From Octopus sinensis (Eukaryota): 64,000 nt of DNA. The position numbers and the translations under genes are program-made. Position 1 is the stretch's first letter. Every line of letters starts with the position of its first letter. Positions 14,504-27,255 of this stretch are shown here, piece by piece. The DNA lies in the NCBI RefSeq assembly GCF_006345805.1, contig NC_043008.1, positions 2,666,001-2,730,000 on the forward strand, given 5' to 3'. The notes under the pieces were generated by a model that saw only the letters and a program-made list of their open reading frames with translations, did not search any database and was not told the origin of the DNA.

Positions 14504-15086
14504 AGTTTCTTTATTGGCCACACAGGGCTGCACACAGAGGGGACAAGTTACAAGATAGAGCTTTTCTTTTGGGGGATGAAAAAAGGGGGTGGCGTAGGTT
14601 TTCGATCAAGAGGGATCGTAAAGGGGGAAGAAAAGAACAAAAACAATAATAATAATAAAAAAAGAAAAAAAAAGAATAAAAATAAAAAGAATAAAAGAAA
14701 AAAGAAAGGGGAAGGAACAAAAGAAAAGAGAATGAAAAAAAGAAGAAAAAGGTGAAAAAAGGGGAAGCGGAAAAAAAAAGGAGCGATCAATAGGGATCGT
14801 GTATCACAGTGTTATGATATATGGTGTAAAGGGGAAAGCAAGTAACGTTTATCCCTGGGAAGAAAAGCCTACGAAAAAGACCACGGTAACCTTGGTCAAT
14901 ATTGTTATATGTTACCACATTTGTTTGCAAGTGGGTAACCCTCTGTTTTCAATTTCTGGGTTCATAGGACTATGCTCAAGGTGGCTTCGTCATTCATACG
15001 TGCCATCCTTGCTACATTCACCCATCTTTTTTTTAAAACATTCGCTAGACAAAACTTGCCTCTCTACTCTCACTTTCCTTTTCAAG
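14504..15086 (-). mobile_element. 5'-truncated Tx1/L1-clade LINE (ORF2 C-terminus plus 3' UTR) inside a (GATA)n array
   Basis: Minus 15087-14962 encodes NLKRKVRVERQVLSSECFKKRWVNVARMARMNDEATLSIVL*, which I recognise as a Tx1-type ORF2 end; pyrimidine-rich 3' UTR with aataaa; GATA repeats on both flanks. Confidence 0.75.
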
Positions 15087-15152
15087 TTAGATAGTTAGAT
15101 AGTTAGATAGATAGATAGATAGATAGATAGATATATAGATAGATAGATAGAG

Positions 15153-15206
<54 letters not shown>

Positions 15207-15219
15207 ATAGATAGTTAGT

Positions 15220-15252
<33 letters not shown>

Positions 15253-15253
15253 T

Positions 15254-15315
<62 letters not shown>

Positions 15316-15331
15316 AAGATAGATAAGATAG
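15087..15331. repeat. (GATA)n microsatellite
   Basis: Direct reading; occasional gtta and gaaa variants. Confidence 0.97.
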
Positions 15332-16004
15332 ATGTGCGTGTTTGTACCTGTCTTTGTATGTGTGTGTGTGTTTGTGTATATATGTAAACAGAAAGAAGAG
15401 ACTAAAGATTTTTCAGGTGATGAATATTTAAGTACAAATTTCTAGATAGCTATATGTTAATAAATCGAACTTATATGCAGTACAAACGACAGAGAAAAGG
15501 GGAAGAGGTAAGTCTATACAAGTCCGATAGGTGTTTTTGGAGTCCCGTCTAGCCATTATAATTTTGGAAGAAGTATTTCGCCAAAATCTGCAGCCAACAA
15601 TGGAAGCAAATAAGTATTCGCTGAATGGCACTCCGTCAGCAGAGTAAAGAGAATATCTTACATTTCAGTTCTTGAAATTTCAGGTCAGAGAAGTTCATAT
15701 GTATATGGTTACATATATGGCGGTGCTACAGCATGGCCACAGCCCATGACCTGAAACTAGATCAAATCCAATCATATCATTTCCTTTTACGTTTTCTCTT
15801 TTTTTTTGTTCCGTTCCAAGCCGCTCCATTTCCTTTCTTGGAACATTTATTTTCATTGTTCATATCCCTATTTTCTTCTTGTCTTTCTATTTCTGTTTAT
15901 ATTTTATGATTTTTCATGATGTTTACTTCTTCCTACAGACACACACACACACTCACACACACACACACAGGCACACACACATATATATATATATGTATAT
16001 GTAT

Positions 16005-16175
16005 ATGTATGTATGTATGTCTGTATGTATGTATGTATGTATGTATGTATGTATGTATGTATGTATGTATGTGTATGTATGTATGTATGTATGTATGTAT
16101 GTATGTATGTATGTATGCATGTATGTATGTATGTATGCATGTATGTATGTATGCATGTATGTATGTATGTATATA
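16005..16175. repeat. (ATGT)n microsatellite
   Basis: Direct reading; source of the MYVC/HTYI ORFs in the track. Confidence 0.97.
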
Positions 16176-17239
16176 TGTAAACAAATAACGACGCTTCTGC
16201 CAACCTAATTCCAGGTAGAATATATATTAAAAATATGTATTCCCAGTGGAAATACTGGAAGTTATTTAAGAAATAATCATGCAACCATAAAGTGAGCACA
16301 TAATATAAATAAATATCTCACTTGAATATTCAAGTTTTAGAGTTTAATTTGGTTTCGCCTATGACCTTTAGACATTTAATTATCAATCATGTAACCTAGT
16401 TAGGTTTTCAGAATTCTTATATACACGTGTTAATTAATGATATTATTTATTAAATTCATCATGTCCAAATACAACTGAACGCCGATGGCAATTATGCTGC
16501 TGTTCATAAGCATATTCTGCCTATATTGTAGGATATTAATACGTCTCAGATTTAGGTTATGTGCTACAGATTTCTGAATTTTAATAACGAGGGCCTTTTT
16601 CATTATTGTCAATATTAATATTAAATGATGCAATATCTATAATTAATTAGGAGCGGTGCTGGTTTCAAGCTCGTGCATGAAAACCAAAGTATGCATGTAT
16701 TAATTTCAGTTGCGGCTTAACGCTATAAATTTCGGGAGAAAACTTAATAAATTCGTCTCAGATTTTCCCTGAATCTTATTTTATCTATGCTGCTTGGTTA
16801 AATGAAAAGTTAATCTCATTGAGTGTCAAATTTTACATATAAAATAGTTAAAGCAAAATAAGATACCAAATAAGAATAATACATAAATACACTTCTCCAC
16901 GGATGATGAAGGGAATTTTAATGTATGGGTTAAAAAAATTCATCAGATTTGCCATGGAATATATACACAAAATCACAAATATTTGTATTATAAATAACAC
17001 TAATTTGTTTTAAATTATAGTTCTATTTTGTTCTACTCCTGTGGGATGAAGTTAAAATATTTGACAGAGAACACCACTGGAAAATACGAAAACTAAAAGA
17101 AGCAGCTCATATACTTGGGCATAACAATCTCGTAAGCAGTCCGAGTCCAGATATGAATAGCATATGGGAACCGGTATTAAGGAAGGATAGGATAATTTTA
17201 GATTTATAAGCCCTAAAATCCACTCCATAATTTCTCACG

Positions 17240-17310
17240 GACATAAGGCATAATGGTGAATAACCCGGCGTACTAATCCCAAGATACTGTGTTCGATTCC
17301 AAGCAGTGAC
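17240..17310 (+). promoter_or_regulatory. tRNA-like segment with Pol III A and B boxes
   Basis: A-box-like aggcataatgg at 17246-17256 and B-box gttcgattcc at 17291-17300, at tRNA-like spacing; it does not fold as an intact tRNA. Confidence 0.6.
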
Positions 17311-17388
17311 ATAGATAATAATACGAATAATAATATATCATCGAAAAATACCTTAGGAATGAGAACCTCAGGTTCGGAATCTCCCCAA

Positions 17389-17434
17389 GACACCTGATGA
17401 AGGCTGGTGGGTATATCAGCCGAAACGTTGTGTT
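17389..17434 (+). ncRNA. Minimal type I hammerhead ribozyme
   Basis: gacac-CTGATGA-a-ggctg(gtgggtatat)cagcc-GAA-acgt-t-gtgtt: stem I gacac/gtgtt, 5-bp stem II, palindromic stem III, GUU cleavage triplet. Confidence 0.8.
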
Positions 17435-18287
17435 AACAACAAACGAGGTAAGAACAAATATCCGCGAAATGTAAATAAGGTAAATAAATTATTTTCTGTC
17501 TAGATGTCAAATGAAATACAGTGTTCACGTGTTTTAATTAATTTTGAAGTTAGAATGATTCTTTTTACAATAATTAATGGTTTCATTATTAATATTCTGA
17601 GAAGAATATAACTTACCCGCAAAATATTCTTACATAAATACATAGCTAATTTGAATTCTGATCCCTTTCAAATTCGATGTTCTGTAACACAATTGTTATG
17701 GGTCCAGACATGTAGTTATAAAAAGAGCTAGCTCGTACAACAATAGTCAACTTTCATTTAAAATGAAAAACATCAATACCTGAAATCCACAAATATAGAT
17801 ACCGAAAAACTCAACATGTTTGCCAATTTCCAAATCTTCAACATACAAGACATGAAATATGCATGAGCATTTATGCGTTTCTATTTGCTAAATGTCCTTT
17901 CTTAAAAATAGCAAACCGTTATACACAAATTCTTGGCACAAATAAAAACAATGGCAACCTTATTTTTAGGATATATTGTAAGTATATATATTTTCCTTTT
18001 ATTTTGCTATTTATTGCATTTCTCTCTTCTGATCAACAACGCTAAATGAAGATATAGAATAACAAATTGCAGCAAACTGTGTCTGAATTATGTTAATACA
18101 TGAAACTAAACTGCAAGTTATACGTACACTTATGTTAGAAAAACTTATAACCATCTTGACTAACTGACATGATAGCTTTTCTACGTGACTGGTTACCGAG
18201 AACGAACTAATAGCCAAATTGAATTCAGATCACGCCTTCATTTTACAAAACTTTTGGACACACAGGAGAATATATACAATATATATG

Positions 18288-18353
<66 letters not shown>

Positions 18354-18488
18354 CATATATATATGGGATGTTTTCAATTCTCTTGTATGTTAAAGTTCAT
18401 ATATCTGTTGAATCCGATCCAACATTTGGTTACGTAATAAAAGGTAATATCAGATTTTATTTCATGTTATTGCTCTCTATCTCTCTCC

Positions 18489-18535
<47 letters not shown>

Positions 18536-19848
18536 GTAGTTGAAACCTGATGTTTTCGAAGCTTCAGTGTTGTTTATTCAGTGACAGAAACAGAACGAGT
18601 GAAAGAAGAGAATACAAAGTCATTCATATTTTTTCACTTTTGATTGTGTGAAAATTTTTTATTATCTTTACTCGTAAGACTCGGAAAATGAAACAATTTA
18701 AAGAGGAGATTTCCCCATGTAGTAGATAGACATCATGTTGTCCGTTGCAAGTATTCGGGCCATGTTACAGTTTGAAGATAACTTACCTACTTTCACACAC
18801 CAAACACACCTGAAATAATAAACCCTGTTTTTGCCCTGTTACACCCGACCAAATGTTACGACAGACTCAGAGAAATATACATTATGTATTTCTCACGCTG
18901 TATCAGTTATATCCACATCGTCTCTTTGAAATATTGGTTGCATCGGTCACTGCTAATCTGTATTTCTGTAAGCCTGCATTTCATTAGATGTGTTTCCACT
19001 CGACAATCTCATTTTTGTCATCAATTATAGATACCACATCCAACATATTCATTATTTAAGGAACTCAATTGGTTTTGGAGATAAGTTCGGCTGTCGATTT
19101 TAGGAGGCGACTCTGAGGCTCAAACATCGTCTGTTGGATATAATACTCTTGTTACATTTGCAACGAGATATCTAAGGATTTCAGTATTTAAAATTACTAC
19201 ATGAACACTTCATCAATGCATGTTTCTGAAAAGAATTTACGTTTCTCCCACATTCTTCACATTCTTCATATTCAGTTGGTAAATACCGTTCAGTTGACAT
19301 AAGTTTATTGAGTGCCAGGAATATACAAATAATACAATGCATTACTTATGATGAACGCTTGTCTTTAAGATAGATTTAAAGATTCTTGTAGCCAGACAAA
19401 TGAACAGATATTCACTCAGGCATAAGGGCATTGATTTAGACTCTGAGATCTAAGGTGAACTTGAATCGAAGAAGACTGATTTCTACACCACACACTGGTG
19501 AACTATTCTTAATATTCAATGTGACTGTGAATTTTGGTTTTTGTCGGGGGAAATGCAAAATGTGACAGGCTTCATACGTGGTTGGGTTTTTTTCTTTCCG
19601 AGCCTTTTATGGTTGTCTGTAATTCTATTTAACTTTAGGCTCAGGTGAAACAGACTAACTACTAAAATTCAAGCAGGTGAAAAGCGGGAAAATGAATGCA
19701 AGTACACACGCACACAAATACACACACATACACACACACGCCCGCACACACGCCCGCACACACGTATAAATATATATATATATATATATATACATACGTG
19801 TCCTTGTACACTGACACACACACACATACACACATACACACACACACT

Positions 19849-19904
<56 letters not shown>

Positions 19905-22345
19905 TAAATTAGTGATAAAACCACTATTAGGCAAATCATACAATGAAAAACTTAAGCCAATACATAAGATTGTTTAATTTATATTATTTAAATATATAAC
20001 AAAATTAAAAAATATATAATTAATATAACACTACGATCGTTTCATGGCTGTTAATTTCTTTAAATTTTCGAGTTACAGTCATTCATAAATCTAATATAGA
20101 TACACCTCGAAGTTAATAGTCAGAATTTAGCAAAACACATTTCGTTGATTTTGCCTCTATTCGTTAAATAATTTCATTATTTATTTCGAGGGATAACTGC
20201 TATTTAATATTAACTTAATGATACCTCTCTATGTCCACTCATTTCTATCTGACACTCCTTCCCGTTTCGTAGCTCATACATACACAAATACATGGGCGCT
20301 AGCATCTGTGTGTTGTTGCATCTGCGGGGGCTCCAGACTGTGAATGAAACAATGTAATGCAAGTCTAAAGTTAATGAATTAATGAGCCGGAGTGGAAAGA
20401 AGAGACGTATGTAAATAGCATCTTTAATTTGCAAATTGAAACACTCGAAAGCGTTAGCTATGTAGCCATAAGTCAGCTGAATCTGCAGCATCTATTTATA
20501 GTAAATACAAAGTGGATAAATACAAATTAGAATAAGTAGATATTTAACGAAACGGTGTTTTAACCATCTCACCAGAAAATGATTAGTTTAACAATTTCGG
20601 CGCTTTCAATCGCTTCTTCATAGAAGCGATTAAAAGCAGTGAAAATGTCAAAAGCTCTGAAATGCAAATAAACTAGTTAAATTTTACTGTATGCACTTAC
20701 ACGACAGAAATAAAATAGCATGTTCTAATTTAATGAGACATGTGTGATGTGCCGTAGGAAAAATTCTAATTAATAAAAGCACATTCCATTGTATTTTCAA
20801 TGAAGATTTTCTGCATAAATTTATGAATACCAATCTTGGATACATCATGAAGCGACCGTCTCTTTTTTCAGGCTGTTTTACAGAAGCTGATTAAGCCTCA
20901 TCCGCTATCCAAGCATTTTCCCTTTTATTATTATTTTTACTCGAAGCAATTTTTTTTCTATTTAAAGCTAACTTACAGGAAGCGATTTTAGTAAACACAA
21001 CTATGATATCACTTTTGGTACTTATTAACTTGGATTATGTGCAGAAGAAATATTAGTGGAAAACTTGCAGCTTCAAAGATAACAGCTGTCATCTGAAAGC
21101 TTATTAAGCTTTCGAAGCTGACAAGTTCAATAGAGCAATGGATAGGAGGAGAGGAAGAAGAAAAGGTTTCTGATGACCTCGACTCGTGTTTCTAAACCTA
21201 TAATTAAATCATGAATTGAATACTAATATATTGATTGGATAACAGTTAAATCAATAGGATAATATATCAAAATGTAAGTAGGTGAAAACAAAATAGCAAA
21301 AAAACAAACAAAAAATATCACATAAATCTTAACAAAAATCAAATTGATAGAAGTGTGGAAAATGGTTATGTATGTTGATGCAAAAGATAGAAAAAAACAG
21401 CAAACATATTTCCTGAAACGAATATTAAAACACTCGAACTAAAAGTGTGTGATGAACAAAAAAGTTCCTTTGTAATTAAAACATGAAGACAACTTAAAAA
21501 CAATTTAGAGTAAAATGGAAATAACAGGATGGCCAAGATATAAAACAAAACAATAGTAAGACCATGATCGGGCATTCACATCAAGAACAACAATATATAT
21601 ACTCCGATAACAATAAAACTATTCTACTAAATATTTATTCATTGACTAAGTCGCTTTGTCTTTGGTGACCAATTTTTGGTGCAATGACCTGTTACGACTT
21701 TGATCTTTTGATGACCAAAAATTGGAGAGCCGAAATATCATTATTAAAGAACCATTGATTCTTCACACAGACAGTAGGATAAATGTTTTATTTTTTATAT
21801 TTCTTATTCATGTTTTTTTTTAGGTGACGGAGGTGAATATTATTTTATTTTTTATTTCAGAATCTTTTTTTTTTATTTCCTTTTCTTTAACAGAGATGAA
21901 ATTTTCGGCGTCACAAGGACTAATTATAACAAAATCGATATGCAATAAAATAACTATTGTGTGCACTCACGCACAGATCACCCGACAACCGCACAGACAT
22001 ACACATACGCACACACACATACAGACGCACAGGCACAGACAAACACACACACAGACACAGACAAGTGCTCACACAAACATAGGCAAAAACAGATAAATGC
22101 AAATACATACGAGTATTTAGATATACGCCAATGTAATGTTTAGTACCCGTTCAAACTTCATTGTAGATATAGTACCGTAGGTGCATACACCGTGGTACGT
22201 AAATAGGAAAATCTCAATATAACTACAATGTCTTGGAGGTAATTATCTCTCTATGCTTGTATATGCAAGTGTATATGTGTGCTTATCTGTACATATATAT
22301 ATATATATATATATATGCGTGCGTGTGATCATGTATGTTTATATA

Positions 22346-22562
22346 TCTTTCTTTATTGCCCAGAAGGGGCTAAACATAGAGGGGACGAACAAGGACAGAC
22401 AAAGGGATTAAGTCGATTACATCGACTCCAGTGTTTAACTGGTACTTTATTTATGACAGGCAAAGTCGACCTCGGCGGAATTTGAACTCAGAACGTAACG
22501 ACAGACGAAATACCGCTAAGCATTTCGCCCGGCGTGCTAACGACTCTGCCAGCTCGCCGCCT
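22346..22562 (-). mobile_element. OR1/OR2-like SINE, full length, tail A
   Basis: Reverse complement of aaggcggcgagctggcagagtcgttagcacgccgggcgaaatgcttagcgg...ttctgagttcaaattccgccgaggtcgac...tail A. Confidence 0.92.
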
Positions 22563-22974
22563 TATGTACGCTTATATATGTGTGAGTATATATATACATT
22601 TGAACCACACAGGCACACATACGCACAAACACAGACACATACACAAACACACACAAAAATATGTGCTTGTGTTTATATAAGAATACTTAAGCTAGGTTAT
22701 TATCTGTCCTTTTGAATTTTTTTCAGCACAATACATTCGGTTCTCGGTTCGCAATAATGCTACAATAATAGTTTCATTCTGGGGATAAATAAATTACAAA
22801 ACGAATCAAACCTTTTCACAGTTGTACTAGAAACATGCTCGAGGAAGAAAAATTCAATTGATATAAACCTAGAATATCTTTGTCTTTTTTCTGCAGCGTT
22901 ACAAACTAAAAGATATTTAAGCCAGGAATACTGTTTGCCATACATCTTTATTTTTGAATACAAAAATTGGTTTC

Positions 22975-23140
22975 ATTCTCATTCCTTAATTCATTTAATT
23001 ACTTTGATTCTTATTCCGTAATTCATAAAATTTCTTTGATTCTCGCTCCTTAACTATTTCAATTATCATTCCTTAATTCATAAATTTGCCTTGATTCTGG
23101 TTCCCTAATTCATAAATTTGCTTTGATTCTTATTCTTTAA
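22975..23140. repeat. Degenerate AT-rich ~32-bp tandem repeat
   Basis: Unit ~ttgattcttattccttaattcataaatttgct; copies start at 23091 and 23123, with more diverged copies upstream. Confidence 0.65.
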
Positions 23141-23362
23141 TTCACAAGGTTGTACGGCAACCCTGATAGCGTCTTGTCCAATGGGATTTCGTTATTTAGC
23201 TGGTCAATTACAACACACTTCAGTGATTAAAAGGAGAACCAAATTACGGGTAATTTATTGGTTAAAAATTCAACCGAAATCTGATCAAAGAAGAGAATAG
23301 CTTTGTGTATGGCAATTTTAAATATAATACGTAGATATCTGAGTGCAATGTGTATACACATA

Positions 23363-23993
23363 TCTATATAAATATATACAAATATATATACAAATATACG
23401 AAGGCCATTGCGTGTGCTTATCCCTTTACATAGCCCAGTATATAGCGGAGAATGAGCCAAAGCTCCTTCCACAACAGAAGTTCGCTTACAATTCTGTTAT
23501 TAATTCTGTCCAGGACAAAGCTGGGGGAATTTTTCCATCGACGTTCCGACATGCGGTGAGTAGATGCTTTGTTTTATATTTTCAAACTTACACATATTTA
23601 TTCACCCATGATTAATCCCCCTCTTTCCTCCATAGGGCATCTATTCTCTTTTCACAGAGCATGAAGTTTTCTAATAGCACGTCCGCTGCCGTTGGTGAAA
23701 AACAAAAACACTGTATTCACCTGCGAACGTATTACACACCCTTCCAGGACCAACTACCAAATTGTTACAATTGTGAGAACGATGGCACATCCTTTTCAGG
23801 GCCACCTCACATTCTATTGTTCCCTCCTTCTGAGAGGGCTGAAATGCTCTTTGCAGGCCTTTCTATCCAGTTGCAAATCGATTGGTTGTCCGTAAACTAA
23901 TATCAGTCTTTGCCTCAGTAATCATAATAGAATACCATAATTAACAGTACTTTAAAGCAATTAACCCCCGAGCAACGCCAGGCTCTTCTGCTA

Positions 23994-23994
<1 letters not shown>
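23363..23994 (+). mobile_element. Non-autonomous Helitron with a Pif1-helicase remnant
   Basis: 3' end ccccgagcaacgccaggctcttctgCTAG|t; 23442-23534 encodes IAENEPKLLPQQKFAYNSVINSVQDKAGGIF, resembling the segment just before the Helitron helicase Walker A; candidate 5' a|TC at 23363. Confidence 0.7.
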
Positions 23995-24073
<79 letters not shown>

Positions 24074-24210
24074 ATATATATAAGTAATACTAAGCAATAA
24101 GGGTTTAGCAACGAGTTGCCTTACCACATACCGAATTTAGAAATAGCAGTCAAAGGGTTATAGCTATTTCTTCTACTAAAAAGGGAGATCTCAGTAAAAA
24201 CAGCATTTGG

Positions 24211-24290
<80 letters not shown>

Positions 24291-24885
24291 ACAACGCTTA
24301 GAATGTGAGTATAAAAATAATGACATTGTTGTTTTTAGAAGCATCGAAATCGAAATGTGTATTTTACGACACAAATAATATGATAATCGTTTATTTCAAA
24401 CATAACGCAAGTAATAATAACCCATTCACAAACACCGGCCTGCCCGAAACAAGCGATATTGGTTGTCCTCCATCCATATTGGATTTTCAGTAATAAAGAT
24501 GACGATGGCGATGACGATGCTGAAGATGATGATATTCTTAATAATATTAATGAAGAAAATTAGGAAAATAGGACTGATTTTACTTTAAACTGGTCTTAAG
24601 AAACATATCTTTGGTATTAACAAAATCAAATGGACACATCCAAGGAAATATTTACGTAGTTACTTTTGATTGTATACATACACAAGCATAGAACCAAACA
24701 TACACACACACACACACATCTACATATACATACAATATATATATATAGAGAGAGATGGATACATAGATAAATATACATACATACATATGTACAAGCATAT
24801 ACTCTATGACTCTGAGTGTGTGCATGTCGCTGTGCCTGTGCGCATGTCTGTTTTCGTGTGCGTGTATTTATATATATATACATAC

Positions 24886-24928
<43 letters not shown>

Positions 24929-25989
24929 GTGTGTGTGTGTGTGTGTGTGAGTGTGTGTGTATGTGTGTACATATGTATATGCATATGTGTATGTTTGCAG
25001 ATGTGTATTTATTTGCATTGTGTATATTCATTGGTTCGAACTGTAAATGTCTAGAATATATGGTGAAAAGAAAGAATCTAATGTAAGAGATAGTTATTTT
25101 TTCTCCTCTTCTTTCTAAACAGATATTTATTAAAAAAAGAAGAAAAATGATGATAAGAAAAGGTCAAATGTGCCAAGAGAAAAGTTGCTCGCTGTAAACA
25201 TTAATCAAAGAAATGCTTTAGTGTAAGACTGGCGGTTAGCCACAGTTTATCAGAGAATGTTTGGACAAAAGAAAGACTTACAGACCCCTGCTTCTAAAAC
25301 TGATTAACTTATAGAGTTATATTAAAGGCGAGAGATGAATGCGTTGTGTGACGTGGAGTGGTGTAGAATGGTTGAATTGTTCTGTCGGATGCCAATGGAA
25401 GGAAGGTGTATTGCAGTTAAAATAGGAAATTAATTCTATCACTGTCACTACACAGAGTATTACAATCATTTTACAGGTATCTGACATTGCCTTTAGTTCC
25501 ACCAAAAACATTTATCATGTCTAAAAATTAATTCTATAGTCATTGCATCATCTCAGCATTAATGCATCACTGCTGCATTACTGCTGCTCCACCACTGCAG
25601 CTACAGCAGCGTCTGTGGCGGAGACTGACATCATAACATCCTCTGTGTTCGTAATGATATATTAATAACAATGTAATAACGTATATTTATATTGATATTA
25701 ATATCAATGTGTTCATATATGTTATGACGTTCGTAACTCTGCTGCTAATATTGCTACTTTGGATGCTGCTGGTGCCACCATAACTACTTTCGACTGCTGT
25801 TACCAGTCTTACAACTCCTTCTATAGGACAGTTTATGACCCAAAGTATGGACCTGCGTGGCAACCAGTATTCTATGTTATAGTAACGAAAATCCTCATCT
25901 TATCATATTTCTACTGATAAAAAATGAAAAACATCAAGGTGCGACGTTACATATATTATATATATATATAGTCATGCCTACTAAAATAG

Positions 25990-26222
25990 TTATTTCTTTA
26001 CTACCCACAAGGGGCTAAACACAGAGAGGACAAACAAGGACAGACAAACGGATTATGTCGATAATATGGACCCCAGTGCGTAACTGGTACTTATTTAATC
26101 GACCCCGAAAGGATGAAAGGCAAAGTCGACCTCGGCGGAATTTGAACTCAGAACGTAGCGGCAGAGGAAATACCGCAAAGCATTTCGCCCGGCGTGCTAA
26201 CCACTCTGCCAGCTCGTCGCCT
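25990..26222 (-). mobile_element. OR1/OR2-like SINE, full length, tail A
   Basis: Same head, body and tail as the copies at 22346, 45233 and 52645, on the minus strand. Confidence 0.92.
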
Positions 26223-26899
26223 TTTAAAATATGACTAATATTGTCATCATACACACACATGTGCCACTCCTTCTCCAGATGCTCCAGAATCACAATGCCA
26301 AAATTAACAATAACATGTTAAAAACGCCTAAAATATTCTAACATTTCGACAGTACAACACTATCGCAAACAGTATATCTCCTGCATTATCATCGCTGGCT
26401 CAGGGTCGCTGCCTCCCCCACGATGGTCATGAAAACTCCTCCAAATTACCCACACTTACATGGAATTACAAACATAGGACCGCTGTCAACACGCTCACCA
26501 CATTATCCGAAACCTTTATATCTTCACAAAACTGGGTTTCCCGACAAGGAAGAGACAGTAGATCATCAGAAAGACTAGCATACCGATATTTTAGTTTTAT
26601 TCTGTTCATATTTCAAAAGCTGTATTTACGCAAGTAAAATAGATTTAAACTGAACTATTTTATGCTTCCTCAAAACATTCTTCTCTGATATCCCTAGCAC
26701 CGTCATAACCAGTACGAGATTATGCATTACCCTCGTGATATCATAAGTATCAAAACTGTTCCAATTGTTAGGAAAACTGTTTTAATCCTACCCACACTAC
26801 GAAAATACTACCGTTCTTTTCTCAGCACTATATTTGCTAACAAAATTTCTAACGCTTGGCTTACCACAACTTGAGTCTTTGCAGTTCGCTCTATTACTA

Positions 26900-27255
26900 G
26901 GATGATGACATTCATTCCTATTGATGCCAAACGCAGTTGGCGAACCCGCTGATGTGAGCGGAGATTGAAAGCGTAGAGGAGAGATTCCCCCCTACTCGGG
27001 GTAGGAAGTGATCTAGCAGCCGTCACAGTGCAGCTCCCTCGATGCTCATCGAGCCATTGACAATGCTGTATCACGACCTCAGATGTTTGGTAGTAGAGAG
27101 ACCGTCATCTTTTCGATCCGCAGAAACATGTTCCATATCTGCCTCAAAAGAAATGTTGTACTCCCCTAGGGTGGCAACAAATTCATGTTTGTGTCTCTTC
27201 CGTGGTCTTCCAGTGAATTATTGGCTTGTTGTCCTTTCACCTTAGAAGAAAGATG
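26900..27255 (-). mobile_element. RTE-clade (BovB-like) LINE 3' ORF remnant
   Basis: Minus strand reads GRPRKRHKHEFVATLGEYNISFEADMEHVSADRK, then after a frameshift RSLYYQTSE...AFNLRSHQRV. This matches the RTE C-terminal pattern GRPRKR.KD.L...L...NI...W...A.DR..WR and the terminal L.SH.R.H motif. Confidence 0.65.

Larger units (their letters stand above)
17038..17490 (+). mobile_element. Penelope-like element 3' end (GIY-YIG C-terminus plus terminal-repeat region)
   Basis: Plus strand reads LWDEVKIFDREHHWKIRKLKEAAHILGHNNLVSSPSPDMNSIWEPVLRKDRIILDL* (PLE pattern W..V.IL.RE..W..RK..EA..I), followed downstream by a hammerhead. Confidence 0.8.

Noticed and set aside
26535-26572. CTGATGA...GAAAC on the minus strand as a hammerhead
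   Set aside because: No credible stem II, stem I or stem III pairing; other CTGATGA hits (near 2791, 21170, 36505) fail in the same way.
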